Part shown: positions 12,201 to 24,476 of the stretch, piece after piece
Layout: each line of letters starts with the position of its first letter
How positions within the stretch are numbered: position 1 is the stretch's first letter
DNA from: a virus
Lineage: Duplodnaviria > Caudoviricetes
IMG/VR virus record: IMGVR_UViG_3300010355_000898
Location: 96,001-160,000 of that record
Length of the DNA: 64,000 nt
Reading direction: 5' to 3' (one strand)
Notes under the pieces: generated by a model
The model's input: the letters and a program-made list of their open reading frames with translations, nothing else
Told to the model about the DNA's origin: nothing
Databases searched by the model: none
Translations under genes and position numbers: made by a program

Positions 12201-14573
12201 AATTTTACATGATAGTCAATCAATCCAGATCGACCAGTCAATCAATCCAGATCGACCAATCATCAATACAAAATTGTCACTGTGATCATATTTCACAATG
12301 TTATTAAACCTTCCTCGCAATAATTCACGAGTATATTCTGATTTTGTATTCAGGATTCTGATCTTGAACATCCGATGCAATCTATCACATGATTCTGACA
12401 TTTGTTATACCATTCCAACTGTTTGGTGTCTGAAATCAATACTACTATCATTGCGGATGAGCAATCTGTATTCAGAATTGGGATCCCACCGAACATATTC
12501 TGCTAACCAAGCTAACATCATTTCAGTTCCTTCATTGCTTACAGGCCACGCCCTGATTGTGAGCATTCTGTGAATTCTTTTAGTTGAGTTTGTCATACAA
12601 TGTTCATGTCATTACAAAATCTATTTTGACAACGCCTGACCATTTAACATAGAGTGCTACTATCCTGATTGATTTATCATATGCCAACTTCAGCATCAGC
12701 AAGAACTCTGTCAATACGCATAAGCAAATTTGCATAATGGTAACGTTCCTGAAGTTTTGTTGAATCAAATCGTTCGTATATATGAACTCTAATCCTTTTG
12801 AGTTTTGCAATGTTGTCTGGATGTTGCATCATCTGCGCCATTTGATCTTTCCATCACTGTGTATATTGAGCACAAATTTGTCAGATTTGTCTGCATGAAA
12901 TAGCAGAATGGATAGATAAACATTCCGTTCATAAACTCCATTCACAGATCTCATCCTGAGCATTCTCATCATTCTCCTATATGATTCTGAACCCTGCATC
13001 AGTTAAATGTACAACATGACAGTGCATGTTGCACTGCACTCAAGAATGTCCCAGAACAATTCTGCAAATTGCGATGTTGTCCAATCAATATGTGGGCAGA
13101 ACAGTTATCCTGCAGTGTCCTGGAATGATTGGGATGGATGTTTGTACACGGTGTTGTTAACCGATCTCCAGATGTGTATGGGTTCCTGAAAGGATTCAGA
13201 ACGCGAGAGAACATTTTCGTATACAATCACCAACTGATCACAATCGTGATTGAAGATTTGTTGTCAAGATCAATTTTGGAAATTTCTGTTATCCCATAGC
13301 CAAGTCCAATGAGATGATCACAGATCAATTTGTACAGTGATTTGTTGCACACATATGTATCATACACAGTGTACGTGACATTGTTTGTGGTTGATTTTCT
13401 GATTGCATCAGATATGTTGGCAATGTTGTGCTCAATCAACTCTTCCAACTGTTTGTGATTGATTTCATTCAATTTTGTCTTCATTTCTTTTGCAACTGGC
13501 AATGCATGTTTCAGCGTCATCCTGTCAAAAATTTCTTGAATCTGTTCTTCCATCTCAAAACCTCTCTCTCAATTGTGATTTTAAACTGTACTCAGAGTCT
13601 GTTGCACCACATGATGAGAAATGTTAACATGTTCATGTCATCAGTGATCAGAAATGGTCATGAACGCGGGCAAAACAGGTCCAGAATGATCAGAGAACAG
13701 AGACCGGTGCAATGAGACAAAATTTTTCATCATCATTCGGTGCAGACTATACTATCTTATAGCGGCAATTGCCAAAGCTATCTGCCGTCAGAACAGATTG
13801 ATATCAACAGAAGGACATCAGCAGACCACATCTCTGAACAGATTGTAAATGTGGGCGTAAAAGATATCGGTAACAAAAATTTGGGTCAATTTGCAAATGT
13901 TCTGTCACATGCAGAGAACACGATTCACGTTGATGGGCCAAACAGTATTGAAGATATCATAACATCTGTTGCATCGAAAACACAACCAGACGTATGCCTA
14001 TTGGGTCCAATGGACAGTGCAAAATACAGAATTCATAAACGTGACCATTCCAACGAGAAGATACCAATCATCATTGAGGATAACAGCACAGTGTATGCTA
14101 TGCTATAGCAAACTCTGCACCGATGGCACTGCATATGTTGGCAGATTGGGAACATTGCAGTTGTGGGTCCAGAATGACAGTGTATTTGAAATTGATGAAG
14201 ATTGTGGACTGTTCCAGGCAGTTGGTTATGATGTTAGCAGAGTACGTTTCAGATCACGTGTAAAGATTGAGTGCACAGATCTGAGTTCATGGACAAGGAT
14301 CATCTTTGATTCAACAGATGATTCAGCAGAAACAGATCATGATTGAGAACAGTGAAAGAGAGAGGTGTTCAGAACCGGTGCAGGTTCATTGAGTTGCCAG
14401 ATCTTGTGCACAGTGGCAGAATGGTGCACATTTCAATCTGGGGAGGGCTGTGACGTGGTGCGCACTCCAGGAGGATTGGGAGGGAATTCAGGTATGCAAA
14501 ATTTGGTTGATGGGTGTGGGGATGACGGGAACCACTGCCGGGGTGTCGTGGAGTGAAAATGGGGGTTGGGACG

Positions 14574-14758
14574 GTCTACGAGGGTGGAACAGTGTATCTT
14601 GCCCCATTTTTTCCCGGTGTTTTTCACTGATGCATCATCGATGGCCTTATTTTACCTTCTGTTTACATCCACTCTGTATTCAAAGATATTCTCGCGTGAT
14701 TTCTCATATGTCCCACCCTCGTAGACTGAACATCCGCAGCATCAGTGAAAAACACCGG
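14574..14758. repeat. Two interleaved long inverted repeats in a GC-rich non-coding interval
   Basis: 14574-14591/14709-14726 (17 of 18) and 14614-14633/14739-14758 (20 of 20). Confidence 0.9.
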
Positions 14759-15869
14759 CCCGGGTCTCCGTTGCCCCGTATCTGGGACTGAGCGTAATGA
14801 TTCACAATTCAGCCAACATCACACCGAGCAAACCCATCAGTCCAAATGTACAACGTCCAACAGCAACAGTACTCTTCAAGTGTACAATTCTCATGAAATT
14901 TCAACCGTCTTTTCCTGTTAATCCTGCAATACCTGTTGTATGACATACTGCTGCTCCCAGCTCGCAATTAGGTTTTTATTTTTTACCTTCTGGGACAACT
15001 CCACCATAACCATTATTGCATATGAGCAATTGCCAACAGTGCTCTCCAAAAATATGGATTCCACAGTGTCCCAATTTTCTTACATTGTGAATCCGGATAT
15101 ATTGACCATATGTCACCGTTGATGTTCTCCCATCATTCCAATCACTGCACACAGTGATCTGCACAAACTCCGGGAATCTTCTCCAGTTCCCCTGTAGCCG
15201 GAGAGTGTCTCACAACCGGCTCACATATCTTCTTGACAATTTGGAACACACTGTGCACATAAAAAATGCGTCCTGTGCCACGGGACGGATAAGATTGACA
15301 CATCCACACTGATAAAATTGCAATCTGATGACATTGTCAACCTGTTGGATGATGGGTAGTGCTGGTGAGACATGTCCTGGATTCCTCATCCTGAGGATGG
15401 CTGTCAATCTTGTGACATGTTCCTGTTCAGTTGCAGTCAGCGCTGACATTTGGGATCTCCCTTGATGTAGAGTCTGCGTGCAACAAGATCAAGGTCTGAT
15501 CTGACAATGGCAACCGCTGCACAACCACACCTGTTCACTTCCAATATTGGAATGTAATGGATATCCGATATCAAGACAAGGTCCACTCTGTCAATTTGGG
15601 ATCCTGGTTTCCTCTGTTCGAGCAGAGTGATCAGTCTACCAATGTGCTGTTCAGTTTGCATGGATATCTCTCATGGCAAGATGATTGATCTGATTGTTGG
15701 TGAACTGTCTGCACGCTGTGCCATCAAGCCTCAAACAGACCGTGCACAGATGATGTTTGCAGAGTTCTGTGAATTTGTGTTCATCAAATTCGAGAAGAAA
15801 ATGGCGACCTTTTTCTGATCTATGCTTGAGAATATTGCCAATGTTTATGAACTGTCTGTAAGTCATCAT

Positions 15870-16085
15870 TTTTTCATGTACACTCTGTACACTCTGCTTA
15901 CAGAGCCATTTTGACCAATCTTAATGTACCATTCAACATTGTGTGAACCATTAATGGCCACGTGGCATGCAGAAATCATCACAATGATTGATGTATATAC
16001 CTTTGTTCAAAGGGCGCTGATTCAAGATCTCTCCAATTCTGCAATGAATTCACATCATAATATGATGCACTGTTTGTAGGTCATC
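15870..16085 (-). pseudogene. Disrupted member of the MTYxQ...RIGxILN small-protein family
   Basis: MTYKQ is followed by a stop; CRIGEILNQR and WYIKIGQNG occur downstream in different frames. Confidence 0.55.
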
Positions 16086-17452
16086 AATCATTCCATTGTG
16101 ATCAGCATATATGCCTATCCGGAACTCAGTTGCCCCGTATCTGGGACTGAAACATTGTCAGCGTTTGAATGTACATTCTCTGTCAACATCTCCATTACAA
16201 TTGATCTGAATGTACCAATCCCTTTGCGCGCCGAATATATCCTGTGTACAATCATAATAGTAATCTACCCCCTGATCTGGACGACGATTTCTCAATGTCT
16301 CACCAATGTTCCTGTACTGTCTGTATGTCATTCTTTTTCATCGCAAAAAATCAATTGCATGTCTGTAAACAAAACCATCCTCGCGTACTCTGATGCACCA
16401 ACAGAAACGATTGAAATATCGTCTTTCAACACCGTTCTTCAACATTGCTGCAATGTAAGCAGTTTTCTGCTGTGTCGGATTCATCTTAGCACCAATTCTG
16501 CAATACTGTTCATAGGTCATTGTGTGCTCTCCCACCATGTAACCCTGTACACAGTTCCAAGCCAATGAATCCTGATATGCCACGGACTTTCATTAATGAA
16601 AAGTTTCAGATCACAATCTTGGTATGGAACAGAACCATCTGCTATTTCTGAACGCTGATTCAGGATCTCTCCAATTCTGCAATATTGATTGTACGTCATA
16701 AAATCACTTTTTGGGATCTGTTTCCCAGAGATCTCTTGGTACTCGTATTACATTACCACAATTTTTGATCCTTAAAATCAAATTGTGTTGGTCGAATTCA
16801 GTCATGGTACCTAGGTACTGTGTGTATTCACTTGTGTATTCACAGAATGCATCACAACGTGCATTCAGAATTTTTCCTATGCGATTATATTGCCCAAGTG
16901 TCATCAAGAGTTCTCCACGCATCTCCACATTTGTGAACAACAAGCACCAATTTTTGGTAATTGAAATCAGCAATGTTAAAACGTTGATCCACAAGCTTCA
17001 CATGGCGGCGTCTGTTGATGAGTACACCCAACCTTACAAAATGTTCATAAACAGCCCGGGACTGCAACAATTCTCGGTTCATGTCATCCTATCCAATCGT
17101 ATCCAATGGCCACCATCCTGTTGGATGGTAAGAACCGTTTCATACTCATCCGAATTGGCTTACACCATTTTCAGACATTGTTGTTTCACGCCCATGACAC
17201 AATTTATGCCATTTGCACCAAATCTTGTAGGATGCTTTCATAATCTGTTGTTCTCAAAGATTGAAGTTGACAGTACCATTATTGGATACCCTGAGCATCA
17301 ATTCATCGCCATGTGCATAGATCCGGGCACGCTGATAAATTTTGAATTCATGTTCAGATATATATTGCGGTCAAGTTGCCAAACAGAACATCCATTTCTT
17401 CTGTACATTGCAACCTTAATGTTGTGATATTGGTCAGCATTCACAGATTTTC

Positions 17453-17929
17453 TCAACCATTTCTATGGTGTGATACTCGGCCAACAGTTCTGTATATGCA
17501 CAAATTGTATATTGCTCCGCCAACATCACACACATAACCACAATTTTGGAGTGCAATTGCTAAATTCTTGGCCAATTGTGCACTGATATAGATGATATCA
17601 TTGTGTTTCAGATTGCACAAACAGAATTCTGTGTTGACATCATCCGTTTCAATTTGTGTTGTGTCATCAACACAGTTAACATCTGCATATGTTGCAATGT
17701 TGCCATCAAGCTCTTCATCACCATCCTTGGCTACCCATTCAGAATCACAATTTGGGATCCATAAACCTTCAAAGAAGGTGAATATACACAATCCTGTTGC
17801 ATGGGAATGAATCATTCTGAATTTGGGAATAGAACGATTCTCTGGAACACGATCGGTCAATTCTCCATCACTGATGATGTGTCCATTATAACAATTATGC
17901 AAATGAATATTTGGTACGGTTATCAGCAT
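17453..17929 (-). CDS. Hypothetical protein
   Basis: 158-aa ORF in the local coding orientation. Confidence 0.55.
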   Translation of the reverse strand: MLITVPNIHLHNCYNGHIISDGELTDRVPENRSIPKFRMIHSHATGLCIFTFFEGLWIPNCDSEWVAKDGDEELDGNIATYADVNCVDDTTQIETDDVNTEFCLCNLKHNDIIYISAQLAKNLAIALQNCGYVCDVGGAIYNLCIYRTVGRVSHHRNG

Positions 17930-18142
17930 TGTTTACAATCCTTTCAGGACACTGCAGGATTCATTCCTCTGTTTAGAGGACCGAACCATCACAAATGTTC
18001 TGGAACATTATCTTGGGTCATTGAGATGAGGCTGGACGGCCATTGGGCAAACTGTTGTTAGTATGGATATCAACATGAATACATCAACACGCAGATTGTG
18101 AACCCACCCAGGGCAGCCAGCCAAAGCATCAGACCTGCGCTA

Positions 18143-18553
18143 TCATTGGACATCAATGAACTTCCTGATGATCCCTGCCCAGCCAGCCTGGGCAAAGGTG
18201 TCCATCATCCTCTTGGCACCATGGGGATTTGCACTGTGAACAATGATGTCCCCAAATTGGGCCCGGGATCTGTTGAGTGTCAGCCACAGGGCTGCATCAC
18301 ATCCATTGAGAGGGCGGGGCTCAGATTGAAAACTGTGAACAGTGGGCGGAATGCCAACATCTGCATCCCTGAAATCTCCAAGGTCATGATCCAGGGCAAC
18401 TATGTCAAAATGGGTGCCCTTCAAGATTTCACTCAGGAAATGAAAGTATGTGTAACAGTGAACAATCCTGCACCCAGGCCATAGGTGGTCAGCACTCTTA
18501 TGACGAGCAGGACAATCATCAAGGATGATCACATTGCAAATTTTGCTGTTCAT
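18143..18553 (-). CDS. Receiver-like domain protein (cyclic-phosphate-processing receiver type)
   Basis: ILDD...LDHDLG...NGCD...VHSANPHG motifs; leaderless promoter at 18560-18588. Confidence 0.7.
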   Translation of the reverse strand: MNSKICNVIILDDCPARHKSADHLWPGCRIVHCYTYFHFLSEILKGTHFDIVALDHDLGDFRDADVGIPPTVHSFQSEPRPLNGCDAALWLTLNRSRAQFGDIIVHSANPHGAKRMMDTFAQAGWAGIIRKFIDVQ

Positions 18554-19400
18554 AGATCTGTTATATCACACTCACCAAAACATTTCACTCGCTCGCGAGC
18601 ACGCACGCGAAACGCCCTCAACAGTGATCACACCGTTGAGAACGGGTCAGAATTTTGTGTCATTGAGTTTGGATGCAATACCAATCAATTGCAATCCTTC
18701 TCCACGAGAAAATTCCATTGGAACGCCACAAGGGTTGATGTGACATCTGCGGTAACATTTGTGAATGAGTTTATGTTCTTGCGCGTTTGCAACTGAACAC
18801 AATTCATATGTACTGTACACCTCTGCAAAGAAATTTCCATTTGAGCCCAGCGCAAAATTGCATATAAAATTGCCCGGTTCAGATTTACGTTTGTGCAATT
18901 GACATGTGATTGATGATGAACCATCATCATAAACGTACACAACAGTTTTCACTGTATATTTGTGTGAATTATGTGACATTGGCTGCCTGTTTGAGCAATC
19001 TGAACAATCCAGAGAATTCACTCAATCCGATTGAGAATGTCCAATTTCGTATGCGTCGAGAACATCTGTACTGTTCACTGATTTTTGAAATTATGTCCTG
19101 ATCCCAACGACGCTGATCACCATGAGCATACACTGTACAACCAATTGTGTGTTCACAAGTTTCAAGATTGTAGTCAAATGTGAAATATGCAATTAGATTG
19201 ACGTTCTCTTGCAAAAATATGATTGTTGCCCACCTGGGCATGTGTTCAGCAACATCTGCAAACAGATTGAATTCAATTGTGATTTTTGACACAGTTCACT
19301 GTCCCACAAATAGGTGAACAGGGCAGCCAGCTAACCGCCCTGTTCTGGGATTGATGCATCCGGTTTGGAGGTTGGGGGATTGCACTCAATCCCTCAGTTT

Positions 19401-20585
19401 TCACTTCTTCTTGGCAGAAGCTCCAAAGAACCCAGGAACATTGGCAACCTGCCCGATTCCCTTCACGCCCTTCTGGACACCCATAGTCTGCAGAATCGCC
19501 CCGGCCATCTCCTTCATCAGCTTGGCCTGCAGGGCAGGCTTCTTCACCACAGCACTCTGCAACTTGGTCCAAGCAGCAATCCTGTGCTCACCGGTGAGGA
19601 AATCCATGAAGGACTTCACGTTCTCAATCTGGGCAGGGGTCAGATCATCAAGGGTGCCAAGAGCCTGGGCAGTCTTCTCAATCAGGATGTTCTGTCGCTC
19701 AGCACCCAGGCCATTGAGCTTCTTCTGGATCTTCTTCCAACGATTGATGACATCCTCACCACTGATCTGCTGTTCCCATTCAGCAGCGAATGCAGCAAAG
19801 GCGGTTGCAGCTTGCAGGCCAACGAAGCCCCGGGTCAGGTGATAGATTTCATCACGATTTCCCTTGGAATCTTCAAGGGAGCCGGCCAGGGTGAGGGCTC
19901 GATTGACACGCTCCCAAGAACGTCGACTGGGTCCCTTCTCAGTTGGATCACCGCCCTTCACTGGATCAAGCCACTTGTTGTTCTGGTTGATGAAGTCAAT
20001 CATCACAGGATGGATCTCACCACCAAACTCATTGTGAGGACGCTTTGCCCAAGTGATCCAGTCATTGACAGTGGGCTCAAGATCAACAACCCAGAATCGA
20101 TCAAGCAGTGCAATGTCCATCTCGTTGACATTGTAGTCAGAGGTGTGATTGATTGCAGCAAAAACCCGAGTCTCAGGATGGAGCTTGTGACCATTCAGTT
20201 CACGATCAAGAACCATCTGGAATGCACCCTGCATGACCTCGGTCGTTGCACGGTTGATCTCGTCAAGGAGAACATAGCAGGGCTCATCACAGGCAAGCTT
20301 GACCCAGTCAGGAGGATTGAAGGTCGTGCTTGACCCATTTTCACCCTCAACAATCGAGGGAAGACCAATCAGATCACCCTCAGACATCTGGGAGAGACGA
20401 CGATCAATGAAATGCTTGATGGGCTTCTTCCCATCCTTGATGCGCTGGCTGTTCTCAAGCGTCAGGAGATATCGGAACACGGTGGACTTTCCAATTCCGT
20501 GGACACCCCGAGCCAGTACAGAAACCTCAACAGGAAGCTTCAGCAAACAATTCACAAAAGTTTCAATGGACATGCTGTTCGACAT
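19401..20585 (-). CDS. MoxR-like AAA+ ATPase
   Basis: Walker A GVHGIGKS, Walker B LLDEINRA, AAIN sensor, ALLDRF, PSRRSW. Confidence 0.9.
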   Translation of the reverse strand: MSNSMSIETFVNCLLKLPVEVSVLARGVHGIGKSTVFRYLLTLENSQRIKDGKKPIKHFIDRRLSQMSEGDLIGLPSIVEGENGSSTTFNPPDWVKLACDEPCYVLLDEINRATTEVMQGAFQMVLDRELNGHKLHPETRVFAAINHTSDYNVNEMDIALLDRFWVVDLEPTVNDWITWAKRPHNEFGGEIHPVMIDFINQNNKWLDPVKGGDPTEKGPSRRSWERVNRALTLAGSLEDSKGNRDEIYHLTRGFVGLQAATAFAAFAAEWEQQISGEDVINRWKKIQKKLNGLGAERQNILIEKTAQALGTLDDLTPAQIENVKSFMDFLTGEHRIAAWTKLQSAVVKKPALQAKLMKEMAGAILQTMGVQKGVKGIGQVANVPGFFGASAKKK

Positions 20586-21191
20586 AGTTTTTCCTTTCCA
20601 ACCTCTTGAGCAATCTTACCATGAACAGGATGACATTTCACACTGCTATTCCTGGAGTGTAATCTTACATGAATTCTTGAAGTGAACAGTTCATGCATGA
20701 ATGGTAATATCAGACTATGTTGATCATCAGTGCCAAGAAGTTCACATGGTATCATGGTTGCAGCAATGGTATTGCATCAACCGGTTGTATGGAGATCAGC
20801 GATCTTCCCAGGACTTTTGCACCAACTGATCAGATCGCTGTTCTTGGCAAGAAGAGCACAAAGATTTTCACTTTTGTGAACGTTCTCCGTGATAGTGAAA
20901 GTGATGTTTTGGGTTGGCGATATGTGTCAACTTGCAAGCGTTTTGAACTCTGTATCAATAACGACTGAACATCATGACATACAAACAATTCATCAATCTT
21001 GCCAAAAAATTTGGGTACAGTCGATCACATTCACGGTTTTCAGAAAGTGAATATCTTCGTTACCAATGGACATTGGCAATCTATGCTAGCAGTTTTGATC
21101 AAAACGTTTTGACATACACTCGGATTCTGTGAACAGTTCCCAAGTTCCTGATAGAATGGTCTTCTAAGGTTGGAAAGGAACCAGCGAGAAA

Positions 21192-21959
21192 ATGGCACGC
21201 ACAAAGTCAAGTCTTCCGAAGTCTGAAGTTGCTCAGGGCACCAACATTCTTGATGTGAAGATTCCTCCACAATTGCGAAAGCGCATTGATCTTGGGATTG
21301 ATTGGTTCACTGAAGCACTCGGTGGGCAGGGAATGGTTCCATCCAATGTCATGATGCTCACAGGAACTCCTGGAGCGGGCAAGAGCACTCTGTTTCGTCA
21401 ATTGGCTGACAGCATCACTGCATCTGGAAACATTGCAATCTACAACTCTGGTGAGGAGAGCCCGTATCAGGTTGCTATGGCAGCAGAGCGAATGAAATTG
21501 AAGAATGGTTTCAAGATGTCACAGGAACAGCAGGCATCTGAGCTGATCCGGTTTGCTCGCAAGGTTCAGAAGGCAAACCCCAAGAAGACTGTTTTCATTC
21601 TGCAGGATAGCATTCAGACACTTGATGACGGGAAGTACTCAAATGGTGTCACCAACAGCTCAACCGCATTGCGATGCACTGAGATGCTTGCTGAGTGGGC
21701 CAAGGAAACCTATGGCATTGTTCTGTTCATCGGCCAGGTGAACAAGGATGGGCAGTTCTCTGGGAAGAATGGGATCAAGCACTGGATTGATGCTCATGCT
21801 CACATCTACATTGATGGCAAGAAGAGCAGTGATACGTATGGTGAGCGTCTATTTGAGGTTTCCAAGAACCGTTGGGGTGTCACTGGGAAAACTTTCATTG
21901 TTGGCATTCAGGATACAGGGCTCTACTTGAAGGGGTATGTTGAATATGTCAAGAGCTAA
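21192..21959 (+). CDS. RadA/Sms-like RecA-family ATPase
   Basis: GTPGAGKSTL, SGEES, DSIQT, GQVNKDG, KNRWG. Confidence 0.85.
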   Translation: MARTKSSLPKSEVAQGTNILDVKIPPQLRKRIDLGIDWFTEALGGQGMVPSNVMMLTGTPGAGKSTLFRQLADSITASGNIAIYNSGEESPYQVAMAAERMKLKNGFKMSQEQQASELIRFARKVQKANPKKTVFILQDSIQTLDDGKYSNGVTNSSTALRCTEMLAEWAKETYGIVLFIGQVNKDGQFSGKNGIKHWIDAHAHIYIDGKKSSDTYGERLFEVSKNRWGVTGKTFIVGIQDTGLYLKGYVEYVKS

Positions 21960-22278
21960 GAATGTGCTCCCCGTTGGGGAGATCACAGTGCACTTTGCCC
22001 GTTACAGGAACGGGATGTTCTTCAATGGAGGCAACAATTCCTCAACGCCCATTCTGTTCAACACAATTGAAGCATTGTACGGAGAACTCCGGAGACTGTT
22101 CACTCGTGTTACAGAGTACAGATACCAGAATGGGAAAACAGTTCAGTTCACGAGGAAGTTCAGAGAGAATGATCTGTACGTTTACAATTGCAAACTTTCT
22201 GGTGAGATGACCAAGACTTGGTACCCAAAGGTTGTTGGCACATTGCGAATTCCAAGAAACTTTAAACATCAGGGATGA
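21937..22278 (+). CDS. Hypothetical protein, paralogue of 5588-5911
   Basis: TWYPKVVG motif. Confidence 0.65.
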   Translation: MLNMSRAKNVLPVGEITVHFARYRNGMFFNGGNNSSTPILFNTIEALYGELRRLFTRVTEYRYQNGKTVQFTRKFRENDLYVYNCKLSGEMTKTWYPKVVGTLRIPRNFKHQG

Positions 22279-22725
22279 TCTGTTGTGCACACTATGCACA
22301 CTGTGAGAATAAGACAGAATGGCATTGTAACTTTTCATGATGAGGATGGTCGATTGCACCGATCCAATGGTCCTGCTATCATCAGACCTGATGGCGATAA
22401 TGGATGGTGCTTTCAGGGAATTGTTTACACTGAAAATGATTACTGGAAAATTGTGAATCGTCAATAAATTCCTGATAGAATAGATTTCAGAAGATGGCAT
22501 ACCATTACACACAATTGGGTCCAACACTTCCCAAAGTTGGCAGGAAGTATTCAAGGACAACCAATACTGTTGAGCACAATCTGTGCAAACTGAAGAGTTT
22601 CAACAAGGCAACAGGATTGTGCAAACTTGAATCATCTTGGGGAACAGTATTCTGGTTGACAATTGGTGAACTGTCACATTGGCATCCAGTGTGAAAAGTT
22701 TGACCCAATTTGGTATAATCAGAAT

Positions 22726-23226
22726 ATGAAGAGGTCATACAGCAAAGTCACGTGGGTTGATGGAGCTGTGAAGGCGGTCCAAAAGATAACCGGTTTCAAG
22801 AGAGCCCACAAATGCACCAAGATTAATCATGAGCACAGTGAGGTTGTGAACCTCAAATCTCCAAATCCAAATTTCAGGAGGACAATCTCGCCTTCAGAAT
22901 TGAGGTTTGAGGATGAACAGATTGCAACTGGACAGATGTATACGCTTGCTTGTGATCTGACAGAGTGCAAAGAGTTCCCAGGAGTGTTCACAGCATGCCC
23001 AAAGGGAACACAACCCACTGCCAACAAGGGTGAAATTGTCCTGTGTGCAGGGTATAGTCAGGTTGCAAGGTTGGGAAATCTGAAGAGAATCAAGCACAGA
23101 AAGATTTCACAACGAGAACTGCATGAAATTGTTCCGGTTTTCATCATTGGTGGAAAGACTGGACATGTTGACTCATACTCTCTGTTCAAAGAGTTCAGAG
23201 AATTGCAAAAGGTGATTAGGCTGTGA
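22726..23226 (+). CDS. Hypothetical protein (leaderless)
   Basis: ATG 6 nt after TATAAT of a GTGAAA-N17-TATAAT promoter. Confidence 0.65.
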   Translation: MKRSYSKVTWVDGAVKAVQKITGFKRAHKCTKINHEHSEVVNLKSPNPNFRRTISPSELRFEDEQIATGQMYTLACDLTECKEFPGVFTACPKGTQPTANKGEIVLCAGYSQVARLGNLKRIKHRKISQRELHEIVPVFIIGGKTGHVDSYSLFKEFRELQKVIRL

Positions 23227-23801
23227 CAACAGAACATTGGAATAGGAAGAGGATTGCAGCAATTGCACACAGCATTGCAGCCAGAAGGTATGCTGTGGTT
23301 GATGACGCATCAATTGCAATCATTCAAGCATTCATGACAGAGTTGGGTGTTGTGCCATTCCAATTCACCAATGGCATTCTTGATACCAAAAAGACTTGTG
23401 ATCTGATCAGGTCGCAAACTTGCAATCCCGTTGATGGACACGCGGTGAAGCGTAGGTGGAGAAAATTGAAGCGGCGTGCAGAGAAGAACAGGATTGAAGC
23501 TGAGGCTATGTTCAACACGGCAAAGTCTGAACGCACAATGAGACAATCACTGTGTGATGGATCAATTTGTAAAATCTTTGCAGATGAGAAGGGCAGAGTT
23601 GTTGAACGGAGTGAAAGGCGCAAGATATTGTTTGCAAATGCAAAACAGCAATTGCCTGGGATGTTGCGGCAGCCCAATAAGAACTGGTTTCCCATCAGCA
23701 TGAATATCAGTGCTGCTCAACGGAATTTGCATGATCAGTCAGTCAGTGATCAGCAGAACGTTCTTGCAATGTTGAAGATGATCATTCAGGGTTTGACATA
23801 A
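23223..23801 (+). CDS. Hypothetical protein
   Basis: 192-aa ORF coupled to the upstream gene by a GTGA overlap. Confidence 0.65.
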   Translation: MTTEHWNRKRIAAIAHSIAARRYAVVDDASIAIIQAFMTELGVVPFQFTNGILDTKKTCDLIRSQTCNPVDGHAVKRRWRKLKRRAEKNRIEAEAMFNTAKSERTMRQSLCDGSICKIFADEKGRVVERSERRKILFANAKQQLPGMLRQPNKNWFPISMNISAAQRNLHDQSVSDQQNVLAMLKMIIQGLT

Positions 23802-23802
23802 T

Positions 23803-24357
23803 CTATGCGCCAACTGCCCATTTGAAATAGCTCCTCAAACTTTGAGCTCTCAACTGATTGAAACGGTCACGTGAAAACGTGACCTTCAATTTTTGCGCCA
23901 ACCTGTATCCCCTCCACCAGGCTTCACACTCTTCATCAACAACATCAACTCTGCATTCAAGTTTTCTCTGATCACAATTGCTGTAACCTAAGCCAAACCT
24001 TTCTGATCTGGTCCTGTCACCAATGAGATGATGACCGCATTCATGCATCAGGAAGAACAGTTGAGTCTCTGGCATTGCTCTGCTTGAGATTGTGATCTGC
24101 TTCCTGATTGGATCATACATCCCATCACTTGATTTGCTGAATTGAACTTCAATTCCCTTCTTTGCAACCCATTCAACCAATTTGTTGATGCCATGGATTG
24201 CTGCAACTTCCCTTGAATACTGAACAATCTTTTCATCCTGATGTTCATCTGTGTGCATCACAGCATACTTTTTCTGTGTCCTGATCTGGACCAACTTTTT
24301 TCCAAATATCCTGTTGTGTGCTCGTGTGATCCACAGATCTCTGTTGAATGTTGACAT
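23803..24357 (-). CDS. HExxH metallopeptidase-like protein (ImmA/IrrE-like)
   Basis: GMY...ITI...LMHECGH...EECEAW. Confidence 0.7.
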   Translation of the reverse strand: MSTFNRDLWITRAHNRIFGKKLVQIRTQKKYAVMHTDEHQDEKIVQYSREVAAIHGINKLVEWVAKKGIEVQFSKSSDGMYDPIRKQITISSRAMPETQLFFLMHECGHHLIGDRTRSERFGLGYSNCDQRKLECRVDVVDEECEAWWRGYRLAQKLKVTFSRDRFNQLRAQSLRSYFKWAVGA

Positions 24358-24476
24358 CTCACAGCTAACTATGATGCACACACAGTTTGCGTTCACACAA
24401 TTGACAATGTGTTTGCGCTCGCGAGCGTGCACGCGAAACGCCCATGTCAGCGTTTCAGCCAACATGGGCACTCGGT

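Larger units (their letters stand above)
6283..17440 (-). other. Tandem array of more than 30 small (45-110 aa) hypothetical ORFs, many distantly paralogous; includes a membrane protein at 7715-8422
   Basis: Tightly packed or overlapping minus-strand ORFs with recurrent MTYxQYxRIGxILNxR N-termini and/or (W/L)x(L/I)xIxxxGx(I/V) C-termini. Confidence 0.7.

Noticed and set aside
8388-17082. Diversity-generating retroelement driving the paralogue family
   Set aside because: No reverse transcriptase and no template/variable repeat pair differing only at adenines was seen in this window.
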